A program made the position numbers and the translations under genes. Source: Tubulanus polymorphus (lineage: Eukaryota > Animalia > Nemertea). Taken from it: a stretch of 64,000 bases of DNA. Within the stretch, counting starts at the first letter, position 1. Every line of letters begins with the position of its first letter. The stretch lies in assembly GCF_964204645.1 (NCBI RefSeq), contig NC_134029.1:6448001-6512000 (forward strand), written 5' to 3'. The notes beneath the pieces were generated by a model. That model was not told the DNA's origin. It searched no databases and saw nothing but the letters and a program-made list of their open reading frames with translations. Below, piece by piece: positions 1 through 13,500 of the stretch.

Positions 1-56
1 ATTAAGTGAATGATCACTAAGACACTCGACAAGTGAACAGTGAACAATGAGTTAAG

Positions 57-295
57 AAGTCCCACAATAGTTATATACGATGAAATAAGTAAAATTAGCT
101 GTTGACAATAAGCCATCATCAGGTGGAATGACCAGAAATAGTAGTAATATCTTCTGTTAACCTTAGTTCTAACACAATTGTTAAGTTCTTCTGTTTCTGG
201 TCATTCCGCCTGATCATTCCACCTGTTAATCAACAGCTGAGACGTGGTTTCATTTTGATAAATTTTATCATATAAAATGCTATTGTGGAACTTCA
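57..295. mobile_element. Palindromic MITE-like element (nested inverted repeats)
   Basis: AAGTCCCACAATAG...CTATTGTGGAACTT outer arms and GCTGTTGA...ATCAGGTGGAATGACCAGAAA / TTTCTGGTCATTCCGCCTGAT...TCAACAGC inner arms. Confidence 0.55.
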
Positions 296-394
296 TTCAT
301 CTACGGTTTACACAGATAAGTTTGTTTGTTTGTTTTGGCTTTACGTCGCTTGGATCTTGGTTTCCCAAGACTAACCCTATTGGATTATTCATTT

Positions 395-530
395 AACCTC
401 ACGAGGGGACATCCATTGAAGTGTTGCTCACACTGTAAGCAACCAGCAGGACTTGAACCCACTTGGGACTCTGTACTGATAGTGGATGCAACAGCATCAC
501 GCCTTATCTCACTGAGCTACTGGATCACCA
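395..530 (-). mobile_element. tRNA-derived SINE-like fragment
   Basis: The minus strand reads GATCCAGTAGCTCAGTGAGATAAGGCG...GGGTTCAAGTCCTGCTGG: an A-box-like and a B-box motif, with an oversized and non-canonical middle. Confidence 0.55.
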
Positions 531-1539
531 AATTCATCCCCTAGGAATAAATAATTTGATGGCTTGGGTAGGACTAGTGATAGCGGGAATTCCTCTATTT
601 GAACTGAATACGCTCTACCTTTTCCGTAAAAGGGTAGGGTAATCCGTAAACCTGATAGAAGGCTGATAGAGAGTTTTCAATGTGGAATTGCTGTTGTGAA
701 ACTGGAATACGTTCAATTGAAACCTGCCTTGATAACACAATAAGCCTAAGTTCACAAGTGTTGGTGAGAAATAGCCTAATCGAAAAAAAATTGAAATCGA
801 CTATTAACTCGAGAACATGCAATGAATTCATTTTTATTAGGACATTGAATTTTCAACTTGTTTCATTCGCAGGTTTTCTCCATAGGACCTCACTAGCTCT
901 TACTTAAAATCTAGTTCATTAAGCAGGCCTATATGAGGTTACATTTTCTTGCAAGTTTGCCGAGTATGAGAATTTGTGGATTGATTATGAAGTGCACTTG
1001 TGTTAATACAGAACTTTGCGAACTAGGTCATAATATTTTTGGTTAATTTGATTCAACGGTACTTGTGAATAGGGTAGCTCTTTTTTAGTCCATTGTTACT
1101 GTCTCGCATTATTAATAGGCTCAACTTACTCGACAGCAAAGCCGCAGTGTTTAATCATTACGTCTGAGGTCAACGCAATCATCTAGAGTGACTGATTTCA
1201 TGCGTTAGGTTAGGATTCCAGGAATATAGAAACATTTCATCTGTCATGTCTGTGAATTGAATTCTATTTGAAAGAGAGAGAATTTCTTTTTCTGATTTCA
1301 AAATCGCGTAGCAAAAGAGGAAAATTTTGAATTCATGTATGAATTTCTGTATGCGTTTGAACGTAGTACAGTAAATTGAACTATTTTGAATAGATTTAAA
1401 GCTCATTTGTAACCGTGGAACTGAGAGGTTTAAGGAATTTTGAGAAGCGTTGTGACATACTTATATAGCCTGTCTGTTTTTCCTTCAAAATTTGTGTTAA
1501 ACAATAACCTATCATTCGACTTTTTCCTCTTTTTTTCAG

Positions 1540-4500
1540 GATTTTTCTGATTGGAGACCGAGTCTCGGCTACAACAGCGGCAAACGCATCAAAAAGGAAA
1601 ATCCCGATAAAGAACGCGATAAAAAAGAGAAATCGTTGATTACACAAGATTCGCCGCCGAGTCACATACGACATCACACGCCGTCGACGTTCCCTCGTAC
1701 CCGCATAACGGTCGATACGCCGGTCGCCGAGAGAATGGCGCTGGAAAACCTGAAACAACAGCTGAATTTCAGCGACGGCGATGAGGTAAATTCAATTTTG
1801 CAATATTCATCAATTCTTGGGATCATTTAAAAACCACTATAAACAAAATCGATAGATAAAAAGCAAATTTTAAAAGCCACCCTGTATGATTAGAATTCTG
1901 ACAAAAGGTGATAAGAACAAACTTTTAGTGTTTTTCTTCTTTCCTTTTTTTTTCAATCAAAATTGAGTGCGTTTTTTGTGTGTAATTTTCAGTTGAGTGT
2001 TGATAGCGGTGAACGCAATAATGAACGTAACGTACCGAGTCGTCGGGTGCGTTCATTGAACTATGAACACCAGGATACGTCTGCGGATCCAGTTGAGAAT
2101 CACGACAACAGAAACAATAATCAGCGCGTAAGTTTCAATTTCAAATCTGTCTAGTCACTGAATGATGGCGAGTATGACGACTTACTTGGAAATCAGGGAA
2201 AAGCTAGGGAATTTTCGTTTGGTTAATTAAGTCAGGGAATTGTCAGGGAATTTTGGTGAAAAAAGTTAAAAATCAGGTAAATTCGATGAGATTGCTAGGT
2301 GAAATAGTTTTCATCTATGTTGTACGTATGTGACTGTGTTAACTGATTGGATTCTTAGCAGATCAAGTCGGAGAAAACAACGTACATGTCAGGGGAGAAG
2401 TCAGGGGAAAAAGCTAGTCAAATGAACTTGGCCACCTTGATGGTGTGAATGTATTTTTTGAAAAAACTGCATGGGAAAATGCTAAATTCTGATTACAGCC
2501 CGATAGTAACCACATCGTCGGTCGTCTGATGCAAATTCGTGATTACATAAAGCAAGCTACAGCGATGATGGAATCGTTAGAACGGAGCGGCGACACTGTA
2601 AGTAACTTAATCCATCATTGTAACCCCCTTAAATTAGTCTAAATATGTCGATTGGATATGATGAAATAATATACCGGTAATTAAATCTTCTCCACTGGTA
2701 ACTTCGATGAGACAAAGTTTGTCATTATTTGTATATGCTAACTGCCATTAAAGAAATGCCACTTGTATACCCTTGGGCCCCTGTTACTTTTGATAGCACA
2801 TAAAAGAAATTTTCGTTTGATAGTGATTGGTCTCGGAACCTATTAGCCTATTAGCCTATCATTTATTCCATAATTACTACCAGTAAGGAAATAGGTAGAT
2901 CATAAGTAAATCACTGTTACTTTTGATAGCACATAAAAGAAATTTTCGTTTGATAGTGATTGGTCTCGGAACCTTTTAGCCTATTAGCCTATCATTTATT
3001 CCATAATTACTACCAGTAAGGAAATAGGTAGATCATAAGTAAATCAGATATAATTTGAAGAGCTGGTTGGAATTGTGATAATTGTACACTCTACAGGCAT
3101 ATCAGAGTAAAGTGGAAAAGCTGCATCAAGTAATTGAACAGTTGCGCACACAAGAAAGCAGTTACATGGACTTGCTTCTTAGATTTTCGGTTAGTTTTAA
3201 GATTCATTTATTGTTAAGCGCACCTAGCTTCGCTGCACCGCACTAACTGCTTCAGTTTTCTCATTTGGTGGATGCTATAATTAGCTGAATCTGTAGTATT
3301 TATTAAAGCTTTCGTTCGAGTAGATTCGCACTTATGAACGTACCAGGTGGATTGATTTCATTTCTAATCAATTCGCATCGGTTGTTTCGTTTGAATTCAA
3401 GAAATGGATGATCAATGAAGTAATAATGCATATGATAGCAGTTAAAGGTGGTAGCTAACCTAGGTGGTGCTTAGACGTATCGTGATAATCTGCTTAAACG
3501 CACGACCTCTTTAACTCTTTATAGCCGGCGAACCGCGACCAGCGCAAAAAGCTGTCTCGCATGCTCAAACACATGAACGATCAGGAGCAAGGTTATATGA
3601 GCTTGCTGCAGAATATGCTGGTATGTAACTTCCAGCCGTTCGGAGTGAATGAGAAAGCAGCGAGTCATCGTTTGATCTAACCCAAAGAACTGGTTCCATA
3701 GTTATTGGTTAAGAGATGAAAAAATTGAAAATGAACCGATTTTGGGTGGCTCTACAAAAGTCAAATCTGGCCACATAACTCGGGGATCAGTTCTTCTTAG
3801 AGGGTCCCTACGACTCCTTGATTCTGAATGGAAAATACTTTTAAGTTGCTTGAAACTCCTTTCATTTGACTACCGATTTAGGAGGAGTCTGCAGTTCATT
3901 GGATGGAAGTGATGCATACGCTTCCTCAAAATTTTCTCCTATAAAGCTCCTTGAAAACTCCTTATATCCAGGAATGACCGATCTGTAGGGACCCTGTCTT
4001 AGGATATGAGTTAAAACACTCGAAATTCTACAAAGTTAACTCGTTAAAAACAAAGTTAACAGCTTTGCTACCGCAGTGTTTCTTTCAACTTGCTACTAAG
4101 AGTTATTTCATAGTTGGCAATGGAGCTATGACAGCCATATTTTATCAGCCATTGTTCAAAATTGACCAAGAGTGGAAATGAGTAGAAAGTTCGGCTAAGA
4201 GATAACTGATATAGTGGTAATGGTGGCTTAACCGGCAATGCAAGATATCTCGTATTTGATAGCGAAATTACTTTGAATTAGCCAACTCTCTGATGAACTA
4301 CTGAAACAAATTATTCCGATAAAATTTGCTGTAGTAGCTGAATGCATAAGCAGTAGTTAGATATGAATGTTCGAAAAAGCTTTATTCATCACTTCAAATT
4401 CAATGTCAAAACATTTCGATGATTTATTTTTCATTTTCATCGATCATAGCCTGTAATACCCGATAATTCAACGCAACGTATTGATTCGAAATGTTTTCAG

Positions 4501-7500
4501 TCGTCGCATGAAGAAGCATCCGGAGCCACTGCTGAAGAGGAGGATGAGGATGATGACGACGACGACGATGATGACGAAGACAATGAAGATGATGACACAA
4601 CGTCGGTAGATATCGACGTTCAGTCTCAGGCTTCGGAAGCCACGACCGTAAGTTATTCATTCATTCAATTAGATGAAAATAACCTTTTTCCTTCGCATTC
4701 GCTTTATTCGAATTCTGTATCCTTTCGAAATCGATGTCTTTGATAACATAACCGAAATATTTCTTCACAATGTTTATGATCTTAACAAGTTTTTGATATT
4801 CGTTCTTTCTAATCTTAAATCTTTGGTAAAAGAATACATCGTTTCTTATTGAAGAAAAGAAATGTATTTGTTGAATTTTCAGGCAATTTTCATCGTAACC
4901 CACAAAAAAACTTAGATACTTAGAGACAGTCCATCTTCAAAGATAGAATTTATATATAGAATTTTTTAGCCAGTTTAAGTTCATTAATCTGCACAATCTG
5001 TCAGATGGTTATTGTTTTGTGTGAATCGGTTTTAGTCGTACATAAAAAAAAGTTTTGCATGTTTTGATTTCGAAAATAGCCGATTCGTAGACATATTTGT
5101 ATAGTCATTATTAGTTGCATGGCTTCCGTAAATATATGTGAAACATTCCCATTACGTATGATTTTTTCCTAAACTGTTTTTTATTCTAACGGACGATGAT
5201 GAGATTCTTAACAGAGGAATAACCATCTTTAAAAACTTGTAACGAAAATGAAAACCTGCAATTTTATGACAAGAAAAAGGCAAGAGAATCCCTGTTGAAA
5301 GTTGAAGTAGATTTTCAGTTCGATTCGAAAAGCTATTATTCAACTGAATTCCAACGAACTTATAAATCTAACATTTCACCTTTTGACAAAGATTGTTTTA
5401 TGATTGGTTGTTTCGTTATTCTTGACTCCGGTTGCAGATTACTGGGCTGATTTTCATTTTTTTTCCTTCACCGACAACGGTACCTCGTGTACGGTGTGTC
5501 GTATCTAACCAATGCACTGGTGTTTTTTTCTATATAAAAGGACATGCCATTCAATGCTAATAGTCGGCCTCGGATCGAGGACAAGTTAGGCTTGTTCATA
5601 GGACTGGAAGAAGCGACGGGCGGTGGTCGGTCTCGTAGGGCGGCTAAAGAGGTATACACACTCACACTGCTGATACAAAACCTCACGTAGAGAGTTTCTT
5701 AATCACACATGATCGATTAATTTAATATTCACACTGGTTTTCACACTTCGACTCTGCTGCCAATGTGTCTGTACTATTCCATCTTCGGAACCATTTAAAC
5801 TAGATATCACTACTAATCAAAATTGAATTAATACTTAATAAAATCGTGAGTGCGCTCTGCTGATCAAAACCGTTCTTGAAGAATGTTTGATTTCATGCTT
5901 CACGAACTGGAAGTTTGTCATAATGAGTATCCGATGTGTGCTACTGTTGTGTCATTTTCAGTTTTGACGATTTAAAAGAGAATTTTTCGACAAAATTAGA
6001 TATTTTAAGAGAAACTCCTTACTGTGAATACTCAGTCTCATGTTTGCTTTTAAAATGCGCACGCCGGTCTGTGTGTAAGCACATTTTCAACAACCTCCGA
6101 CCCCAAATCTTCAGACACAATTTTAAGTTAGGTTTAATGTTAAATCCCTAATCTTAAGTGACTTATTTCAATGTTTTCGGTTTGCTTTCGTGTTCGATGT
6201 TGCTCGTTGTAGCCTCTCAAGTGTACAGGAGTGAATCGCCGAATTTGAAGCGACGAAAATTCACCGGCATATTTCTATTATGATTTTCATAGGATTCAAA
6301 TGCTTACGAACAAAACGGGGCGACGAACGGCGAAACGTATGATATAGATGAACTGGAAAGGACGAACGCTAAACTGCAATTGATGCAAGATCAACAGGAA
6401 ATGATAAAAGATCTTCTGACAGGAGGAGCGAAGGTCTGGAGCTTTTCGCTTTTATTTTTGTACAGTCTAACAAGACCAATTGTGAATCGCAAGATAAACT
6501 TATAAATTGGATTGTTCGACATCAGCTAACCATGTATTTTCCGTTGTCTTGATCGGCGATTTCGATATCTTATCAGCCATAGAATATATCTCATTAAAGA
6601 TATACTGATTGCATTCGTTATTGAATAATACTCTATTTCTGTTATAGAATGCGATGGAAAAGAAGAATGAAGAGCTCGACCAGCTCAAAGAACAAAGGGA
6701 TCTTCTCAAGAAGATGCTCGAGCAACAGAAAATGGTAATTTTCAAGTTCTCATTTCATGTTGATAGCAGTTCCTGGCTATTACGTAATGCCGCGAAAAAG
6801 ATTAAACGTTGAAACATTTTTTGGTTTTCTCCGTTGTAGATGAGGGATTTGCAAACTCGTCAAGTGTCGCTCTTACAGCAGCAGAAAGACGCCGAAGAAA
6901 CATTGGTGAAAGGAAAACATATGGAAGAAGGTAGCTAACTATCTTATGTAGTTTTAAGATTTGTATTCGGCGATTTGAAATTGTAACACTGTTTTCAATC
7001 ATAAATTCAGCCGCCGCTACTGGTGGTTCGATGCCAGACTTCAAACCGCCTGCCATGCTAATTGAAAAGATGAAAGCCGAAATGCCGATTCCACCTGAAC
7101 TGGCCGACCTTCGTCAACGTCTCGACTATTTGAAGAATATGTTTCAACCACGAGTCGAAATGGAAGAAAATAAAAAGGTACAAATTATTTTCAAATCTGT
7201 ATTAGTGTACATACAGTTGTTTGGAAAACCTTTTGGTTGATAGGCAGTGAGGTCCTTGCAATAAGACATTTCTTGCTCATCGATTCCACTGTGAAATTGA
7301 AAAATCTGTAGTACTCTAGGAATTTTAGATTCATGCCACTTAGACCTGATTTGAGAATAGTTTCTGCTCTTAAAGACCTTAACTACTAATATACTAATAT
7401 CAATATACTCCAAAAATCAGGATAAACTACTGTGTTAATTGATTGGATTATGATCATGTCAAATAAAAGTGGCCACACTGAATGTGAATGATTTATTTGT

Positions 7501-10500
7501 AGAAGATGGCCATCGCCGCCGCCGCTGAACACGGCGACTCGTTGCTCAACAATCTCTCGGAAAGTAACGACATTGACAATAACGACTCGATGTCGCAAAT
7601 ATCGGAAATGTCGGAAAACACGAAGCACGAGCGTCTGCGACAGAAACTGGAAGATTTACAGGAGAAAAAGAAGAAAATGGACGAATTGCTCTCGGACCTC
7701 GGCGAATTACGACAAAAACGATTTCAAGAAATCAGCGGCAGTATGTATCTTAACCAGGGTGGCCACAGACGTGGAAAACCTGGAAAACTCTGGGGAAAAC
7801 CAGGAAATATTCACCATGTGTTTCTTTATCAATTCATAGAATTTCATGAAAAATGAACAAATTGTAACATTTTAAACCAATAAATTACTTGGATTTACTT
7901 AGGGGATTTTGTGTTCTAAAATGGTAAAATCAGGGAAAACTTAGGGATTTCATAAATTGGGGGAAGGCGGCCACGATCTTAACATCTTGTATGACATGAT
8001 TTTATGAATTTTTGATGATTTCGTTCAGGTGAAGAACGCGATTCTAGTCAAGATGACAGTATCACATCGTCGCTGGTTCATATGAATGCATCGCAGATGG
8101 CGTCAGACATGGCCGAAAAAACTGTCACCGACGCGAATGAAGTTCTCGAAATTCTCGACGCCAAAGCTAAATTGAAGTAAGTAATTTTGGATATTTTCTC
8201 TATCGCCTTCTATTTGCCTTGTATTGCTGTTGAATATTAAGTCCCATTGGAGGGCTCTATATATGTACTGGGTATCTGTTCTCGAATGTATTTGAGTATA
8301 GTAGACTCAATTCTATGCTGAACCAATCAAATTGTTTAACTTCACTTTACAATGAAATCCTTTGTAAATTCCGCTTTCTAACTCGGGATTGAACTAACTT
8401 GAGTTGAATGTATCAGTATTCTGTGTAGGACAGAGCCATTGAATGACTATGTACTTGAAAAGAGCGCTATAAATATTCTGCTTCTTATTGCATTCTTGCG
8501 TATGGTCATTGCTGTACTAAACCGTATGTCACAGATGATCACAAAATGAAATGCTCTATGAATTTCTGCCTTTTCTGCAATCTAAAATATGCCGCTTGCC
8601 GTTGCTACTATAGGAAACTGCATGACGTCCATGAACGGCTCGATCAGTTGAAAGGCATGATGCAGTATTATCAGTCTAATACCGAGTTCATCCACGGCGA
8701 TGGTGATGGAGGAGCGGCTGCCTTACCGTCTATCGAGGCTACTAATGACGAAGATTTATTGCGTCGTTTGAGGTATAATACTATTACTATTAAGCATTTG
8801 TTTAGCCTGTAAATTCTTAACCCTAAGACAGAAAATTGTTAGTGTGTTTAACAGATTGAAATTCACCACTTGAAATAGGTAGATATTCCGGATTCAGCCT
8901 CTTAATTTTGAACTTACTGAATTTTTGGACAGTTGAAAATTTGCCTTTTGATTCTCTTAACACCAGAGCCCTGTTCTTTAGACTGATATTAAGACTGGTC
9001 TTTGAAACTGAATCAGGTTTCTCCGTTTGCCGAATTCATATCCTTTTAAATCAGCCAGAATGCTTTAATGCTGGATCTTAGGTCAATTAGCATATCATTT
9101 CCTTTTGTATAGGTCAATAAGAGATGCAATTGAAGAACAGGAAGTGAGTAATGATACTGGTGCGGCTGCTGCTGCTGCAGTCAATGAGGATGAAGATGAT
9201 GATAACAACGAAAGCGATTCTCAGATGGGTAGTCTTGGACCGTGGAAGGATGACCCTGATATCAAATTGAAAGTTGAGTAAGTAAAAAATACACTACCTC
9301 TGCTTAATACCGGAATGTTAAATCCAGAATTGCCAATACTCTTAATGTACATACATATTATATAAAGAATTAGATAGATTTAAGAGTTAAACTTGCTCAG
9401 CCGTGTTACTTGGTCTTGGGCTCAGTCGCAACTCGATGGTGTGAATATGGTTAGGGTCGCCACAAAACCTGGAAATCAGGGAAAAGTCAGAGAATTTTCT
9501 TTTCTTTTTAAAGTCAGGGAATTTCTTATAGTTAGATCGCATTTGTAATCAAACAATATGTAACAAATATGTATTGTGGCTGAGTAAATGGATTCAATTT
9601 TTAAAGAAAACTTAATAACAGGAAAGAGTAAATCAAATAGAAGTGGCCACCCTGATGGTACTTGTCCTCGATTCAGAAATACTCTGATTAACAACTTCTT
9701 TGTGCGAGGAATTGATATTTTAACTGCCATTAACTAAATCAATTGTTCTATTCAGGAAACTGCATTCTGCCCAGGAGCGTCTAAAACGTCTGCAGGACAT
9801 GATGGCTAAAGTGCAGCAGTTGCCGAACGCCAACGAAAACGAACTTTTAGATATGATGTCTTCGTTAGAGTTGGTGAATAAAGGCAACTCTGAAGATCGT
9901 ACGCTGGAAACCAGTTACACAATGAGCGAGGGCGAGATTGTGCCAGGTTCGGCGTAAGTAAAACAATTTTGTTGCTCACTGTACATGTATATTAAATACA
10001 AGATTTGAAAATGCCTTCACAGTAAGCTGGATTTCTCCAAATTTATTGTCAAAATCTCGGATCGTGAAGATTTATCAGACTTGTGATATCCGAGCTAGGT
10101 GTTATACATTTCACATGTAGTGTCAAAAAATATTTCTACAAACATCTGAGTTTAAACTGTTTTCCTAGTTAAGATCGGATCCGATTTGAGTGTGGTCTAC
10201 TGAATGTTAGTTTCTATACCGGTAATAAGTTGGTTTGTCGAATTAAGGTGCTGTACGAGGGTCATGTTTATCCTCCTAAGAACAAAGGGATAGAATGGGT
10301 ATCGTGTACTATAGACTATGCCTGACATATATTTATTTTGGAAAATTTTGTGAACAAATATTCTTTGACTGCTGAAACTAAATCACATGCACTGCTGTTC
10401 TCTTTCTACTGGACTGGTTACTTCCCAGATCCCTCATTGCGCCACAGTATCGTTGAATTTCTGAAATGTCCCTTTTACAGAGATGAATTTTATCAAGCAA

Positions 10501-13500
10501 CAATGCAACAGCAGAAAGAAGAATTGAATACACTTTTGAAGGAAAGAGAACGACTGATGAGTCTTCAAGGTCAATTAGAGAATATATACGATAACTTCAG
10601 CAAGGTACTCATTTCTTAGTTGATGGTGTCATCTCTTTTCTCTCTTATCTACTCAGCAATTCAATCCAAAAGAAAGATCTGATACTGGATCCCTATGACT
10701 CCTTGATTCCTTAAAAACTACTTCTAAACAAAAATGCTGTTAAAGGTGCTTGAAACTCCTCTAATTTCAAACTACAAAATACCCAAATCTTGAAAACTAC
10801 CTCGATTTTGAGATATAGGCAATTGTAAATTTTTGTCTAGACGTATCGGCCCCACTCCGCGCGGTGGCGCCACCCCGCGGGATTTACGCGAAGCAGCAGA
10901 ACACAAACACAGTCATTCTCTCAATTTTCAATGATAGAAATCGTGTGTGTATTTCAATTTTTTCGGCTGTTAGGGTTTTAAGGCACAATATAAGTTGATG
11001 ATGTGATATGGCGATGTTAATTAATGATAATTCCGCAGTGAAGCTAGTCACGAACGGTGCCGATTGAGTGTACAGCTGCCAAAAACACTGAAATGTGCGT
11101 AGTTGCGTAACTATTTGCAGTGAATTGCAGACGAAACATGAAGCCTTAACGGCCGTTTAAAAAAAAATTATACCAATCGCAATTGTAAAATAAAAATGAG
11201 ATAGAACCTAAGTTAAAATTCTGGCCATTTCTAAAATGTTATTGATTATTATTACTAATTTTTAGTCAGTGCGGAACCTTTAGTTTTCCAACAATAATGA
11301 GGGGTGGTAGGTAGTCATGCAATTCAAGTCATCATTTATTACACGTTACTTCCGTGTTGTTGAAAATCTCGCGAGTCCTGGACTAAACCCCAATGAACAA
11401 TGTGATCTGTGTGCTGGCCACAAATGCACACAGATCACACTACACTACCCATTACACACTCCAGTACCCACAGCTTTCATATATCCATCCAAATATTTAG
11501 TGGCTTTCTTCCTGGGTTGTAGTTGTACTGTAGACTACACCTGAATCTGTACAGTTGGGACCTGGATTTACTTAGGCGGTTACCAAATTATAAATGTTTT
11601 GTAGTGGATAAATATTTGCTTTCAAACAACCAAATTAATGGTTTACCGAAATAAACAGTAATGATTTAGGAGTCTACAGTAATTGGGATATGAAAGCCAT
11701 GCACATGCTTCCTCAAAATTTGAAATTTGTTGGGGTCCTGTGAGACTAATAGGAAAAAAGAACAACTGAAATAATTTTCAGACTCAAAATATATTTCAGC
11801 TCGAAGATGAAGAAGGTGATAGCATATTGGAATTGGCACCGGCGCAGCCAGTCGCCGCTCCGGCCACGGGCAAAACTACGCAAGTACGAATGGGCCATCG
11901 AGACTCGGTCACTTTCCAAGAGACACCCGAAGTCATTTCGAATGAAGAGCTCTACGACAGGATGAGATGTCAGAGAATCCTTCGCGAAGAACTGCGCGAT
12001 CAGAAAAAAGAACTAGACGCCATTCTGAAGAAGGATATATCGAAAAAGCGTAACCAAGATAACCAAACTGATGACATATCGGACAACTTCAGGTTCGTAT
12101 CGGATAACGGTTGGAAATACGAAAATTTTCAAGCGCTTTCGTAGTCGAGAGAAAGTTGGTAGCAAAGTGTTGTTATTTTTAAGGATGAGCCAGTACAGCG
12201 GTGAAGTGACTACGATGGCGACTTGGGGCGGTTCAACAACTGAAAACATCGAAGAAAACGACGAAACCAATGCGGCTAAGAAGAAAAAGAAGGATGACGA
12301 TGATGACGACGATGATACCAGCAGTAGCAGCAGTAGCGATACTGAGAAGGATGATGATGACGATGACGATGGTAAGCTGAAAAGTTTCGATAAAGTGGTT
12401 CTATGAATAACTATCAATCTTACTGTTTACTATGAATTCATCTGGCTCAGCTGTGGCTTCAAACTATTGATACTCTTTATGACATTTTCAAATCTTTGGC
12501 CTGGTCGCACAGTCGAGGTTTACGGTACATTTAAGACTGCTCTATAAAGCCATCATAATTCTTGAGCTAATCTAACTACTTCAGACCAATATTTATAGAT
12601 TTAAGACCATTCTTCGGTCATGAAACTTGCAACTGGGCCTTGGCGTAAAGTGTTTATCATGGTGATTGACGCAAGTCGAACAACCGTTGGATTTTGGTAT
12701 ATACTGCGTGCCCCTTGTGAAATTGAAGGGTCACTGTTAGAAACCTCATAGTAGAGATTGTAATCTAAACGTAGATCTGACGTTGTTTGAATCCGGTTGA
12801 CCGCCCTTTAGAAATCGTAGGTGCGCCCTTGAGCCGTGCGTGTTTTCTGCTTCAGCCTATCCGAGCGACGGCGTTGTACAGGTCGAGGAGGAAGAGGAAG
12901 AAGCCGGACAAGAAGGTCAATCCGATCACGATACTTACACGATCGACGATAATCAGGCTAAACGTCGCGCGATTAATATGCCCATGATTAGCGCTAGTAA
13001 TAGCAAGAAAAAAGTTGCCTCGTCGCACAAATTCAAATCACCAAAACAATCACCGAACTCACAAGGTATTTTAGTAGATATCACCCAACTGCACCCTCTT
13101 AGAGTGTTTACCTGCTAGGCCTGCTGGATGGCAACTGACCTGGAAGACTCAGGGAATCAGAAAAATCTAGAGAAAAATCAGGGAAAATTTTGCAAATAAA
13201 ACCCCTGAAAACTCGGGGAATTAGATGTTATTGACCATGCAGGGAATTCTTAAATTGTCGGGTAGTAGCCACCCTGTAGCGGTAACATGAATCTATAGTT
13301 GACCTCAAAAACTTTTTTCAGTACTTTCGCTACTTTAGAGGCTTAATTCTCTAGTACACAGTTTTCTCTTGCTTCATAAACGAAATACCAGTATCTGAAT
13401 TATTTGATGATTAATCGCCATTATAAGTTGCGATATCGATGTAAACGGAAAGGTTTAGATATTCATTTCAATTTGCAGCAGCTGCCAACGGTCACACCGG

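Noticed and set aside
440-530. Possible functional tRNA gene
   Set aside because: The acceptor stem is imperfect, there is no clean anticodon arm and no oligo-T terminator; treated as SINE-like. tRNAscan-SE would settle it.
4290-4341. TGATGA...CTGA pattern suggesting a C/D snoRNA or hammerhead core
   Set aside because: Too short, with no terminal stem, no recognisable guide and no hammerhead stem II.
6213-6230. Possible 18-nt PCM1 microexon (PLKCTG)
   Set aside because: The donor is weak, the downstream intron would be only about 62 nt, and there is no homology support.
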